NCBI GenBank assembly: GCA_000990005.1
Contig: LBPF01000003.1
Span: 71,479-135,478 of the forward strand
DNA length: 64,000 nucleotides
Reading direction: 5' to 3'
Origin: Candidatus Woesebacteria bacterium GW2011_GWB1_33_38
GTDB lineage: Bacteria > Patescibacteriota > Microgenomatia > UBA8517
Every line of letters begins with the position of its first letter. The stretch's first letter is position 1. Both the position numbers and the translations under genes were made by a program. The notes below the pieces were generated by a model. The model was given only the letters and a program-made list of their open reading frames with translations, ran no database searches and was not told where the DNA came from. Below are positions 28,654 through 38,792 of the stretch, piece after piece.

Positions 28654-29859
28654 ATGAAGCAATTTAGAAATTTACTTAAGTCATCATTCGACGATTTTAA
28701 AAGAAATAAAGTTAGAACATTTTTAACTTCCTTAGGTATTATGGTAGGTGTGATGTCAGTTGTTTTATTGATTGCATTAGGCTTAGGACTTAAAAATTAC
28801 ATTGAGGAACAGTTTGAAAGTTTAGGGGCAAATCTTTTAATTATTTTTCCAGGAAGCGTTTTTTCAGAAGATAGCGGAGCGGGTGGAAATTTTGGAGCAG
28901 GTTTTGCAGGAGGGGCTAGTTTTGATGAAAAAGATGTAAAAACTTTAAGAAAAGTTCCAGATGTTTCATATGTGGTTCCACTTTTTACCAAGAGTTTGGC
29001 GTTATCTTCAGGTAAAGAAAAAAAGTTAGGTTATGTATTAGGTACAACTGATGAAGCTTTCGAGGTTATGAATATTGAAATAGAAGAAGGTCGAGAATTC
29101 ACCAAAGCAGACGTTTTAGGTAAGACAAAAAAAGGAGTCTTGGGTTTTTCAATGGCGGAAAAATTATTTATAGATCCAACATTTGCTGTTGGAAAAACAG
29201 TTAAAGCAAATGATGTTAGGTTTAACATAATTGGAGTTGCCAAGAAAAAAGGGGATAGACAGATGGATGACGGATTATTTGTTCCATATAGTGCCACTTT
29301 TGGAAGTTTAAATCCAGATAAAACATTTTTTACAATTTATATAGGAGCTTCTAATGAAGATACAATTGCTACAGTTAAAGTATCAGTTAAGGAAGCACTT
29401 CTTAAAAGATATGAAGAAGATGATTTTTCAGTTACAGAACAGTCACAAATACTGTCTTCAGTTAATCAAATTTTTGGAATTATAAATTCCATTTTAGTGG
29501 CAATTGGTTCCATTTCTCTTTTTGTTGGAGGTATTGGAATCATGAACATTATGTATGCAACAGTAACGGAACGAACAAAAGAAATAGGAATTAGACGTGC
29601 AATTGGAGCAACAGAAAAAGATATCTTAACTCAGTTTTTAACTGAATCAATCGTACTGTCTCTTTTGGGTGGTATCGCTGGACTTTTAATTTCAGCAGTA
29701 ATTGTTTGGATTATTAGGTTTTTCTTTCCTGCAAGTTTAAATTTAGTTGCGGTTTTGGTTGCCTTGGGGGTTTCATCTGCCATAGGAATAATCTTTGGAG
29801 TTTTCCCAGCCCGCCGCGCAGCTAAACTTTCCCCAATTGATGCTATTAGATATGAGTAA
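28654..29859 (+). CDS. ABC transporter permease, FtsX/MacB-type
   Basis: TM1, a large periplasmic domain and 3 C-terminal TM helices. Confidence 0.85.
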   Translation: MKQFRNLLKSSFDDFKRNKVRTFLTSLGIMVGVMSVVLLIALGLGLKNYIEEQFESLGANLLIIFPGSVFSEDSGAGGNFGAGFAGGASFDEKDVKTLRKVPDVSYVVPLFTKSLALSSGKEKKLGYVLGTTDEAFEVMNIEIEEGREFTKADVLGKTKKGVLGFSMAEKLFIDPTFAVGKTVKANDVRFNIIGVAKKKGDRQMDDGLFVPYSATFGSLNPDKTFFTIYIGASNEDTIATVKVSVKEALLKRYEEDDFSVTEQSQILSSVNQIFGIINSILVAIGSISLFVGGIGIMNIMYATVTERTKEIGIRRAIGATEKDILTQFLTESIVLSLLGGIAGLLISAVIVWIIRFFFPASLNLVAVLVALGVSSAIGIIFGVFPARRAAKLSPIDAIRYE

Positions 29860-29881
29860 ATTTGTTTGATAAAATTAAAAT

Positions 29882-30415
29882 ATGAATATTTCTTGGACGA
29901 AAATAAAGGAAGAAAGATACAAAGCTAGAGCTGGTTATAGAAAATTAATTACTAAAACTTTCGATTATCCAAATGGACATAAAGCTGAATATGACATACT
30001 AGACGATAATGGTGCTGTCTGCGTTCTAGTTTTAACACCAAAAAGTGATGTGATCATGGTAAAAGTTTACCGTCCAGGACCCGAAAAAGTTTTAATGGAA
30101 ATGCCCGGAGGTTTTATTGATATACACGAAGATCCTCAAACAGCAGTAGAAAGGGAGTTGATTGAAGAAACCGGATATGAAGGGGAAATAGAGTTTGTGG
30201 GTAAAACTTATGATGACGCATATTCAAATATGGTTAGGTACTGTTATATTTCAAGAAATAGTAAAAAAATTAAAGAACCTAATTGGGATGATGACGAAGG
30301 TAGCATGGAAATTGTTAAAATTTCACTTTCTGAATTTAGAAAACATTTAAAGACAGGTGAAATGACAGATGTTGAAGTTGGCTATTTATGTTTAGATTAT
30401 CTAAATCTTCTTTGA
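29882..30415 (+). CDS. NUDIX hydrolase
   Basis: Nudix box GGFIDIHEDPQTAVERELIEETGY. Confidence 0.85.
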   Translation: MNISWTKIKEERYKARAGYRKLITKTFDYPNGHKAEYDILDDNGAVCVLVLTPKSDVIMVKVYRPGPEKVLMEMPGGFIDIHEDPQTAVERELIEETGYEGEIEFVGKTYDDAYSNMVRYCYISRNSKKIKEPNWDDDEGSMEIVKISLSEFRKHLKTGEMTDVEVGYLCLDYLNLL

Positions 30416-30430
30416 TAAAATATTGTAAAA

Positions 30431-30503
30431 CAGAGCGTGGCGCAGTTGGTAGCGCGCTGCTATGGGGTAGCAGAGGTCGCTGGTTCAAATCCAGTCGCTC
30501 TGA
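30431..30503 (+). tRNA. tRNA-Pro (anticodon GGG)
   Basis: Cloverleaf folded by hand: 7-bp acceptor CAGAGCG/CGCTCTG, D-stem GCGC, anticodon stem CTGCT/AGCAG with loop AUGGGGU, T-loop GCTGG TTCAAAT CCAGT; CCA not encoded. Confidence 0.85.
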
Positions 30504-30558
30504 CAAGTGTATGAATCAGTGTATTGACTTCGGTTAACTTTCGGTATTTAATTAAATT

Positions 30559-31404
30559 ATGATCCACACTGCCATATGCAATTTTTGTAAAAAGGATGTT
30601 CATAAAAGTGTTGGTAGACTCAATGAAGAAAAGAAACTTGGCTGGAAAAGTTATTGTTCAAGAGAATGTTTGGGAATGTCTCGAAGAAATAGAAAAGATC
30701 TTACGTGTTCAAGGGCTGGTTGTAAAAACAAATTTTTTCGTGTTTTTAATCAATATCGACGATTTAAAAATCACTACTGCTCTCATAGATGCTTAGCCAT
30801 TGTTGTTAATTCAAGAAGAATTTTAAAATCTAAGCAAAAATGTAAACTATGTAACAATTTTTTAAAATATGGAAAGACTTATTGTTCACCTAAGTGCAAA
30901 CAATTAGGAATGACACAGAGTGGGGAGTTTTTATTAAGTTGGATAAGACAGTTTTACAAAGATCATTCAAGAATTCCATTGAAACGTGAATGTATTCATT
31001 ATCATGCTGTCAGAATAAGATTTAAAGGTTGGAACAATGCAATACTTGTAGCTGGTTTTGATCCAAATCCTGTAATGTTTGCTAAGAAATATTTAGCTAA
31101 TGACGGTCATAAATGCGATTCTTTATCAGAACGAATAATTGACGATTGGTTGTCAAGAAGAAATATAAATCATCAAAGAAGTGTTCCTTATCCAAACAAT
31201 GAACAGTTCACTGCTGATTTTGTCGTAGATAAATATTGGATTGAATTTTTTGGCTTAAGCGGAGAACTAAAAAGATATGATTATTTAAAAAGAAAGAAAT
31301 TAAGACTTGCGAAAAAACTAGATTTAAACTTAATCAAGTTGTACCCAAAAGACCTTTTTCCAAAAGGTAACTTAAATAATGTTTTAAAAATATTGATAAG
31401 TTAA
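30559..31404 (+). CDS. Three FCS-type zinc fingers (..YCSxxC) + HEAR (homing-endonuclease-associated repeat)-like region + C-terminal putative PD-(D/E)xK-like nuclease domain
   Basis: SYCSRECL / HYCSHRCL / TYCSPKCK repeats; ..RFKGWNNAILVAGF..; C-terminal ..ADFVVDKYWIEFFG..; directly downstream of tRNA-Pro. Confidence 0.5.
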   Translation: MIHTAICNFCKKDVHKSVGRLNEEKKLGWKSYCSRECLGMSRRNRKDLTCSRAGCKNKFFRVFNQYRRFKNHYCSHRCLAIVVNSRRILKSKQKCKLCNNFLKYGKTYCSPKCKQLGMTQSGEFLLSWIRQFYKDHSRIPLKRECIHYHAVRIRFKGWNNAILVAGFDPNPVMFAKKYLANDGHKCDSLSERIIDDWLSRRNINHQRSVPYPNNEQFTADFVVDKYWIEFFGLSGELKRYDYLKRKKLRLAKKLDLNLIKLYPKDLFPKGNLNNVLKILIS

Positions 31405-31471
31405 AATATTTATCGTATTCCTCAACAAAAAAGACTCTTGAAGATTTTTTGCGTTGTGATATATATGTTAT

Positions 31472-31717
31472 ATGTCTAGTGAACACAATTTACATATTTC
31501 TAAGGAAGGCGTAAGGTTCGCCGTTACTTCTGGTGTTCTGATTGGAGCAGGTGTGTTTTTCCCTCCAGCTTTTGTTTTGGGAGTTGCAACTGGAGCTGTT
31601 GGATTTTTAAGAGAAAGAGGTAGGTTAAATGATATTAAAGTTAAAAATTTTATTTCTAAACTCCAAGATCCTGTTGAAGGACGCGAAGAACGAAAATTTC
31701 TAGGTTTGGAAGAGTAG
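31472..31717 (+). CDS. Hypothetical small membrane protein (81 aa)
   Basis: ORF with a glycine-rich TM segment. Confidence 0.35.
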   Translation: MSSEHNLHISKEGVRFAVTSGVLIGAGVFFPPAFVLGVATGAVGFLRERGRLNDIKVKNFISKLQDPVEGREERKFLGLEE

Positions 31718-31747
31718 GATTATTATTTAGTTTTCAATTTTTCCTTC

Positions 31748-31776
31748 TTGCATTTGGGGAAAGTTCGTATTAATCT
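31748..31776 (+). promoter_or_regulatory. Putative recA promoter TTGCAT-N17-TAATCT, 10 nt upstream of ATG
   Basis: Read directly. Confidence 0.5.
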
Positions 31777-31786
31777 GTAACAGCAA

Positions 31787-32872
31787 ATGGCAAAGAAAAA
31801 GTCAGAACCAATTGAGGCTCCAGTAAAACAAGAAGGAAATATAGCCAAACTTCAGGCAATTAAAATTGCTATGGAACAGATTGATAAAGCATATGGCAAA
31901 GGTTCCATTATGAGACTTGGGGAAAGTAGCAAAAATGTTGCCATGGATGTTATTCCAACAGGTTCCATTGCTCTTGATTTAGCTCTTGGTGTTGGTGGTT
32001 TACCAAAAGGCAGGATTGTAGAAATATATGGTCCAGAAGCATCAGGTAAAACTACCCTTGCCCTAGCAGTTGTAGCCGAAGCACAAAAATTGGGTGGACA
32101 GTGTGCTTTTGTTGATGCGGAGCATGCCTTAGATCCTCAGAGAGCTGAGATAATGGGAGTTAACCTTGATGATCTCTTGCTTTCTCAACCCGATACAGGT
32201 GAACAAGCTTTAGAAATTACAGAGACTCTTATTCGTTCTGGAGCAATTGATGTAATAGTTGTTGATTCAGTTGCCGCTCTTGTTCCACGAGCAGAACTTG
32301 AGGGTCAAATGGGAGACGCTGTAATGGGTCTTCAGGCCCGTTTAATGTCTCAAGCTTTGAGAAAATTAACTGGAGCAATTAGTAAATCTAAAACAATTTT
32401 AATATTTACAAACCAATTAAGACAAAAGATTGGAGTGATGTTTGGAAATCCTGAAACAACAACTGGAGGTTTGGCTTTAAAGTTTTACGCTTCAGTAAGG
32501 CTTGATATAAGACGTGTTGAGTCAATTAAAGATGGAGATAATGTGATAGGAACAAGATCTCGAGTACGAGTTGTTAAAAACAAAGTTGCACCTCCTTTAA
32601 AAGTTGCTGAGTTTGATATTATGAATGATGAAGGAATAAGTAAATCAGGCAATCTTTTAGATGTCGCGGTTGATTTGGGAATAATCACAAAGTCTGGGTC
32701 ATTTTTCAATTATGATGGTAAAGTTTTAGCTCAAGGGAGAGAAGGGGCAAAAGCACATATTAAAGAAAATGAAAAGTTTGCTCACGAAATAGAAAAAAAG
32801 ATTAGGGATTTGGCCACCTCAGGTAAAAAGCTTCCTAAAGAAATTGGCGAAGAAGAAAAAGACGAAGAGTAA
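31787..32872 (+). CDS. recA: Recombinase RecA
   Basis: GPEASGKTT Walker A, L1/L2 regions. Confidence 0.95.
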   Translation: MAKKKSEPIEAPVKQEGNIAKLQAIKIAMEQIDKAYGKGSIMRLGESSKNVAMDVIPTGSIALDLALGVGGLPKGRIVEIYGPEASGKTTLALAVVAEAQKLGGQCAFVDAEHALDPQRAEIMGVNLDDLLLSQPDTGEQALEITETLIRSGAIDVIVVDSVAALVPRAELEGQMGDAVMGLQARLMSQALRKLTGAISKSKTILIFTNQLRQKIGVMFGNPETTTGGLALKFYASVRLDIRRVESIKDGDNVIGTRSRVRVVKNKVAPPLKVAEFDIMNDEGISKSGNLLDVAVDLGIITKSGSFFNYDGKVLAQGREGAKAHIKENEKFAHEIEKKIRDLATSGKKLPKEIGEEEKDEE

Positions 32873-32887
32873 TATAATTGGTTTACC

Positions 32888-33514
32888 ATGCCAATTATAA
32901 CTTCGATAAAACCACAGAAAAACAACAAGCGCGTAAATATATATTTGGACAATGAGTTTGGCTTTGGTTTAGACCTTGAAAATTTTGTTAAGTTTCATTT
33001 AAAAGTTGATCAGGAGTTAACAGATGAACAAATAACAAAAATAGTTAAAGATGCTGAGTTTCAAAAAATATTGGACAAGCTTTTAAGATTTGCAATGCTT
33101 AGGCCAAGAAGCAAAAAAGAAATAAATGATTATCTCAAAAGAAAAAAAGTTCACGAAAACATAAAAGAAGAACTTTTTAGTAGATTAGAAAGTTTCGAGT
33201 TAATAAATGATGAACAGTTTGCAAAATGGTGGGTGGAACAAAGACAGTCATTTTCTCCAAAATCAAAAAGAGTTTTGAGTTCAGAACTTTTAATAAAAGG
33301 AATAGATAGGGAAATAATTAAAAATATTTTAGAAGAAACAAAAATAGATGAAGTAAAACTAGCTAAAGATTTGATAGAACAAAAAAGTTATAAGTGGGAG
33401 AAATTAGATGACAAAATAAAGCGACAAAAAATCAATCAATATCTTGCTGGAAAAGGCTTTAGTTGGGAAATTACCAGTAATGTATTAGAATTGAACGATT
33501 ATGGTAGAAAATAG
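32888..33514 (+). CDS. recX: Regulatory protein RecX
   Basis: Three-helix repeat architecture immediately after recA. Confidence 0.75.
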   Translation: MPIITSIKPQKNNKRVNIYLDNEFGFGLDLENFVKFHLKVDQELTDEQITKIVKDAEFQKILDKLLRFAMLRPRSKKEINDYLKRKKVHENIKEELFSRLESFELINDEQFAKWWVEQRQSFSPKSKRVLSSELLIKGIDREIIKNILEETKIDEVKLAKDLIEQKSYKWEKLDDKIKRQKINQYLAGKGFSWEITSNVLELNDYGRK

Positions 33515-33737
33515 TGGTGGAAGAAAAATCCCATTTGTTAGGATACCTGGTAGGCATATTACTGCTGATGAGGCCACAAAAGCCGTTATCGCCGGAGTTT
33601 GCCATGGTATAGCTTTTTATTCAGGTACTCCAGAAATTCCAGCCTTGATTTTAAATGGATTTGGGATGGCTATTAGTTTTACGACAAATGATTTAATGGT
33701 ATTTGAAGCTATGGATAAAAATGAAGAAAATTTATGA
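33501..33737 (+). CDS. Hypothetical small protein (78 aa)
   Basis: Six-frame ORF with coding-like codon usage between recX and rny. Confidence 0.25.
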   Translation: MVENSGGRKIPFVRIPGRHITADEATKAVIAGVCHGIAFYSGTPEIPALILNGFGMAISFTTNDLMVFEAMDKNEENL

Positions 33738-33781
33738 TATAATCCTCATTAGGAGAATGGATATGGGTAAATTAATTACAT

Positions 33782-34972
33782 TTGCTTCTCAAAGCCACTC
33801 CGCTATATATGGCTACACAGAATGATTACATTAAAAAGTTAGAACAGGTTTCTAAGATGACTGCTGACGAGGCAAAAAAGGCTCTTTTGGATGAAGTGCA
33901 ACGTGATTTAACTTCAGAAATTGCCAAAAAAATAAGGGCTGCTGAAGAAAGAATAAAACTTGATGCTCACGAAAAAGCAAATGAAATATTAGCCGACGCT
34001 CTAAAACATGGAGTTACCACATTTGTTGCTGAATATACTGTTTCCTCAATCATTGTTCCCAATGAAGAAGTAAAAGGAAGAATTATAGGAGCTGAGGGAA
34101 GAAATATTAGAGCTTTCGAAAAAGATGCTGGAGTTGAAATTTTAATTGATGAAACTAATGAAATTAGAATTTCTTCTTTTGACTCTGTTCGACGCGAAGT
34201 GGCAAAGAGGGCTTTGGAGATTCTCATTAAAGATTCAAGAATCCAACCTAGTAGGATTGAAGAAGTAATGAAATTAACTAGGGCTAACATGAAAGACGTT
34301 CTTCTTGAAGAAGGTAAGAAAATTGCTGAAGAATGTGGCGTTTATAATCTTCCAGTTGACCTCCTTCGCTTAATTGGAAAATTTAAGTTTAGAACTTCAT
34401 ATGGACAGAATTTAGGTCATCACACAATTGAGGAAACCAAAATGGGTATCGCTCTTGCAGAAGAACTTAGCGTCAAAGTTGACGTTGTTCGTTTAGGTTG
34501 TCTACTCCACGATATTGGTAAGGTTGTTACAGACGAAGAAGGAAATCATATCGATGTTGGTGTAACAACAGCTAAAAAGTTTGGTATTCCAAAAGAGGTT
34601 GTTAATTGTATTGCTGAGCATCATGAAGATAAGCCATTTTCGTCAATTGAAAGTTATCTTGTTTGGGTAGCTGATGCCGCTTCTGGATCTCGTCCTGGAG
34701 CTAGGTATGAACCCCATGAAGGATATGTTAAAAGAATGGACAAAATTGAAGAATTGGTTAAAGGTTTTGAAGGTGTTGAAACGGCTTATGCATTTCAAGC
34801 AGGTAGGGATGTTAGGGTGTTTGTAGACCCAAATGAAGTGGATGATGACAGGTTAACAGTCTTAGTCCACGAAATTACCCAAAAGCTTGAAAAAGAGGCA
34901 GAATATGCAGGTCAAATTAAAGTGACAGCAGTTAGAGAAACAAGAGCAGTTGACACCACATCGGCTAAATAG
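33782..34972 (+). CDS. rny: Ribonuclease Y (KH + HD domains; N-terminal TM anchor apparently absent)
   Basis: KH ..GRIIGAEGRNIRAFE.. and HD ..LLHDIGK..; the listed ORF starts at a TTG, an ATG at 33809 is the alternative. Confidence 0.85.
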   Translation: MLLKATPLYMATQNDYIKKLEQVSKMTADEAKKALLDEVQRDLTSEIAKKIRAAEERIKLDAHEKANEILADALKHGVTTFVAEYTVSSIIVPNEEVKGRIIGAEGRNIRAFEKDAGVEILIDETNEIRISSFDSVRREVAKRALEILIKDSRIQPSRIEEVMKLTRANMKDVLLEEGKKIAEECGVYNLPVDLLRLIGKFKFRTSYGQNLGHHTIEETKMGIALAEELSVKVDVVRLGCLLHDIGKVVTDEEGNHIDVGVTTAKKFGIPKEVVNCIAEHHEDKPFSSIESYLVWVADAASGSRPGARYEPHEGYVKRMDKIEELVKGFEGVETAYAFQAGRDVRVFVDPNEVDDDRLTVLVHEITQKLEKEAEYAGQIKVTAVRETRAVDTTSAK

Positions 34973-34986
34973 TATATTAACGATTA

Positions 34987-35262
34987 ATGACAAAAAGAGA
35001 AATTGTTGAGTTGGTATCAAGAAAAGCCCATTTAACTAAAAAAGCTGGGGAGGAAGCTGTTGATGTTTTTTTGGCAGAAGTTGGTAGAGTTTTAGCTAAA
35101 GGGGAAAAAGTTGTACTTTCAGGTTTTGGAACATTTAGGGTTATTTCCATGAAAGGTAAAACTGTAAAAATTCCAAATACTGAGAAACTTGTAACAATTA
35201 AAACACATAGGTCTCCACGTTTTACTCCAGGAAAAACTCTCAAAAGACAAGTAGCTCGTTAA
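34987..35262 (+). CDS. hup: DNA-binding protein HU
   Basis: 91 aa, ..SGFGTFRV..HRSPRFTPGKTL.. arm. Confidence 0.9.
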   Translation: MTKREIVELVSRKAHLTKKAGEEAVDVFLAEVGRVLAKGEKVVLSGFGTFRVISMKGKTVKIPNTEKLVTIKTHRSPRFTPGKTLKRQVAR

Positions 35263-35281
35263 TGATATAATTCTTTCTAGA

Positions 35282-36268
35282 ATGAAGAAAGCAATCGTTG
35301 TAAGTCATTTGATCAAAAATTTTGAAATTCTTGAAAAAGGAACAGGATTTAAAAATTCATTTGCCTCACTACTTCATCCTAAAAAAAGAATTATAACGGC
35401 TGTCAATGACTTGTCCTTTACTATTCAAGAAGGTGAACTTGTGGGGTTTATTGGTCCAAACGGAGCAGGTAAAACTACAACCTTAAAAACCCTATCAGGA
35501 CTTCTTTATCCCACTTCTGGTTTTGTATCAGTAATGGACTTTAATCCTTGGGAAAAGTCCCCCGATTTTTTAAAGCAAATCTCTCTTGTAATGGGACAGA
35601 AGAATCAACTTTGGTGGGATTTACCTGCCATGGAATCATTTGAGTTAAATAAAGAGATTTATGAAATTTCAAATAAAGAATTTGAAAAAAACTTGAATGA
35701 GTTAGTGTCACTCCTTGGTGTTTCTCAATTTCTTCAAACTCAGGTAAGAAAATTGTCACTTGGTCAAAGAATGAAAATGGAATTAATTGCAGCCTTAATT
35801 TACAAGCCCAAAGTACTTTTTTTGGATGAACCAACAATTGGACTTGATTTAATCGCCCAACAAAATTTGAGAGATTTTATTTATCAATATAATAAAAAAT
35901 ACAATGCTACAATAATTTTAACCTCACATAATATGAAAGACTTAATTGACCTGACAAGAAGGGTAATTGTTATAAATGATGGTCGACTTATTTTTGACGG
36001 TGCCCTTGAAGATTTGACTCTAAAGTTTGCTCAAGACAAATTAATCAAAGCAAAACTCTCAGATGAAATAGATATTAAGCGTTTGGAAGAAATAGGGATG
36101 GTAAAAAAATTCGAATATCCCGAGCTTATAATTTCTGTACCCAGAAGTACTGTAGCCATTGCAGCTTCTGAACTTTTGCAAAATTATCCAATTTCTGATC
36201 TGACAATTGAGGAATTACCCATCGAAGAAGTAATCAGTACAGTTTTCAAACAATCGAAAGGCTTTTAG
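35282..36268 (+). CDS. ABC transporter ATP-binding protein
   Basis: GPNGAGKTT, LSLGQRMK, LFLDEPT. Confidence 0.9.
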   Translation: MKKAIVVSHLIKNFEILEKGTGFKNSFASLLHPKKRIITAVNDLSFTIQEGELVGFIGPNGAGKTTTLKTLSGLLYPTSGFVSVMDFNPWEKSPDFLKQISLVMGQKNQLWWDLPAMESFELNKEIYEISNKEFEKNLNELVSLLGVSQFLQTQVRKLSLGQRMKMELIAALIYKPKVLFLDEPTIGLDLIAQQNLRDFIYQYNKKYNATIILTSHNMKDLIDLTRRVIVINDGRLIFDGALEDLTLKFAQDKLIKAKLSDEIDIKRLEEIGMVKKFEYPELIISVPRSTVAIAASELLQNYPISDLTIEELPIEEVISTVFKQSKGF

Positions 36269-36270
36269 TA

Positions 36271-37074
36271 ATGGGTAAATACTTAAAGGTTTTAGGAATT
36301 TCATTTCAGCAAGAGTTTGCTTATAAATTGAATTTTATAATGTGGAGAGTTAGAAATGTGATGCAAGTTTTAGTCTTTTTTTTTCTCTGGAGTTCTGTTT
36401 TCCAAAATCCTGATGCAAATTATTTTGGTTACAATAAAGAAAAGATCATAGCTTATGCCTTTTTATTAATTTTTGTTCGTGCAATTACCATGTCATCCAG
36501 ATCAGTTGATGTCGCTGGAATTATTTCAAATGGTGAACTTTCTAATTTACTTCTAAAACCTATTAATTTCTTTAAATATTGGATAACAAGGGATATATCG
36601 TCTAAGTTTTTAAATATTATATTTTCTTTCGTTGAAATTACATTTTTGTTTTTAATATTAAAACCAGAAATATTTATTCAAACTAACTTTATAAACATAA
36701 TGCTTTTTGTCGCATCACTTTTAATTGCCTCATTAATTTTTTTCTCAATTGCCATGTTAACTAGTTTTGTACCATTTTGGATACCTGAAATATCTTGGGG
36801 AGCTCAATTTTTAGTAATTGTTATATTTGTAGAATTCCTGTCGGGTGCATTCTTTCCTTTAGATGTTTTCCCCACTCTTGTTCAAAACATATTGAAATTT
36901 ACTCCATTCCCTTATCTTGTTTTTGTTCCCATTCAAACATATTTAGGAAGTCAAAACATTCATTTAAATTTGTTAAGTTTGGGAATTGGTGCCATGTGGG
37001 CAGTAATTTTGTTGTTTATAACAAAGATGGTTTGGCAAAAAGGATTAAAAGTATATGAAGCAGTCGGAAGATAA
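36271..37074 (+). CDS. ABC-2 family transporter permease
   Basis: 6-TM protein immediately downstream of the ATPase. Confidence 0.7.
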   Translation: MGKYLKVLGISFQQEFAYKLNFIMWRVRNVMQVLVFFFLWSSVFQNPDANYFGYNKEKIIAYAFLLIFVRAITMSSRSVDVAGIISNGELSNLLLKPINFFKYWITRDISSKFLNIIFSFVEITFLFLILKPEIFIQTNFINIMLFVASLLIASLIFFSIAMLTSFVPFWIPEISWGAQFLVIVIFVEFLSGAFFPLDVFPTLVQNILKFTPFPYLVFVPIQTYLGSQNIHLNLLSLGIGAMWAVILLFITKMVWQKGLKVYEAVGR

Positions 37075-37864
37075 TTTTAAAATTTTAAAAAGATACCTAA
37101 GAGTTTATATTAAAATGGCTACAAATTCTTTCGTTGTCTGGCTTGCCCGAAGAAGTGCTTTTATAATCTTTTTAATTGGTAAAATTGTTAGGTATTCATT
37201 TTATTTTGGATTTTTAATTTTTCTTGTTAAAAGTACAAATGGTTTTGCAGGTTACACAGGTAATCAAATACTTTTTTTTACTGCAACATATGTGTTGATT
37301 GATACTTTAGCTCAATTTCTATTTAGGTCAGTTTATTCGTTTAGACAACTTGTAGTAAGCGGAGATTTGGATTTAGTTTTGGTTAAGCCAATTAACCCTC
37401 TTTTTAGAAGCTTATTTGGTGGTGCTGACCCCGTTGATTTAATTACACTTCCTGCAATCATCTTCGTGGTTGTTTATATTGGTTCTTTGCTCTCACCTAC
37501 CTTACTACATACTACATACTACATACTACTTGTCATCAACGGTTTAGTTATTTCAGCCTCTTTTCATATTGCAGTCTTATCACTGGGCATAATAACTATG
37601 GAAATTGATCATACCGTAATGATCTATAGAGATCTTGTTTCGATGGGCAGGTTACCAATTGATATTTACAAAGAACCTTTCAAAAGTCTTTTAACTTTCA
37701 TTGTTCCTGTTGGAGTAATGGTTACAATTCCAGCAAAAGCTCTAATTGGTTTAGTTGGCCCTGTTGGTGTAGTTTCCTCACTTATTTTCGGCTTAGCACT
37801 TTTATTTTTTTCAATTAAATTTTGGCATTATGCACTTAAAAAATACACCAGCGCCAGTAGCTAA
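37055..37864 (+). CDS. ABC-2 family transporter permease (second subunit)
   Basis: Paralogous multi-TM protein. Confidence 0.7.
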   Translation: MKQSEDNFKILKRYLRVYIKMATNSFVVWLARRSAFIIFLIGKIVRYSFYFGFLIFLVKSTNGFAGYTGNQILFFTATYVLIDTLAQFLFRSVYSFRQLVVSGDLDLVLVKPINPLFRSLFGGADPVDLITLPAIIFVVVYIGSLLSPTLLHTTYYILLVINGLVISASFHIAVLSLGIITMEIDHTVMIYRDLVSMGRLPIDIYKEPFKSLLTFIVPVGVMVTIPAKALIGLVGPVGVVSSLIFGLALLFFSIKFWHYALKKYTSASS

Positions 37865-38792
37865 GCTGTTGATTATTTGTGGACCAACTGCTACAGGGAA
37901 AACAAAACTTGGCATATTTTTGGCCCAAAAATTCAATGGCGAAATAATTTCTGCTGATTCAAGACAGGTTTATAAATTCATGGATATTGGAACAGGCAAG
38001 GAGTGGGGCGACCTGCCTGCCGGCAGGCAGGACGTGCCAATACATGGCTATGACTTAGTTGATCCTTGGAAAAGTTTTTCTGTTTTTGAATATTCAATGT
38101 TTGTGAGAAAGACTCTGGATGATATTTGGAAAAGAGGCAAACTGCCAATTCTGGTTGGTGGCACCGGTCTTTACATAAAAGCAATTGTAGAGGGGATTGA
38201 CACTTTAAATATTCCAAAAAACGCTGATTTAAGAGAAAGTTTAGAAGAAAAAAATACTTTCGAGTTATATGAAAAGCTGGCAACCTTGGATAGCAGTAAG
38301 GCTGCAAGTTTAAATATTTCAGACAAAAATAATCCCAGAAGATTAATTAGGGCAATTGAAATTGCAATTTGGAAAATATCTAACGAACAGGAAGTAAACA
38401 AAGCCAAAAGTAATCAAGGTGTAATGGACACTTTGTTTATCGGTTTGAATTATCCAGTAGACCAAATATCCAATTTAATTACGAGTAGGGTCGAGAAAAG
38501 AATAGAGCAAGGTTTTATAGATGAAGTTGAGGATTTACTTAAAATGGGAGTATCTTGGAAAATGCAATCAATGAATGCTTTGGGCTATAGCGGAGCCGAA
38601 GGCTTTTTTAAAAACGGATTAACGTATGAAGAATTTGTCGAAAAATGGATAGAAAGCGAAATAAATTATGTTAAAAGACAATTAACTTGGTTTAAAAAGA
38701 ATAAAAAAATTAACTGGTTTGACTTAACTAAACCAAAGCAGTTGGAAAAACTAGAAAAATTAGTAGAAAAATGGGATAATACTAAACTATGA
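37830..38792 (+). CDS. miaA: tRNA dimethylallyltransferase
   Basis: GPTATGKT P-loop, ..ISADSRQVY.. Confidence 0.9.
   Translation: MHLKNTPAPVAKLLIICGPTATGKTKLGIFLAQKFNGEIISADSRQVYKFMDIGTGKEWGDLPAGRQDVPIHGYDLVDPWKSFSVFEYSMFVRKTLDDIWKRGKLPILVGGTGLYIKAIVEGIDTLNIPKNADLRESLEEKNTFELYEKLATLDSSKAASLNISDKNNPRRLIRAIEIAIWKISNEQEVNKAKSNQGVMDTLFIGLNYPVDQISNLITSRVEKRIEQGFIDEVEDLLKMGVSWKMQSMNALGYSGAEGFFKNGLTYEEFVEKWIESEINYVKRQLTWFKKNKKINWFDLTKPKQLEKLEKLVEKWDNTKL

Noticed and set aside
37490-37525. Short tandem repeat TACATAC x3.5 (and a similar CTACATT x2.5 repeat at 50470-50495 in recJ)
   Set aside because: They lie inside coding sequence and are in-frame (encoding TTYYIL / ILHS). They are too short to be CRISPR, a minisatellite or a phase-variation tract; probably chance low-complexity.
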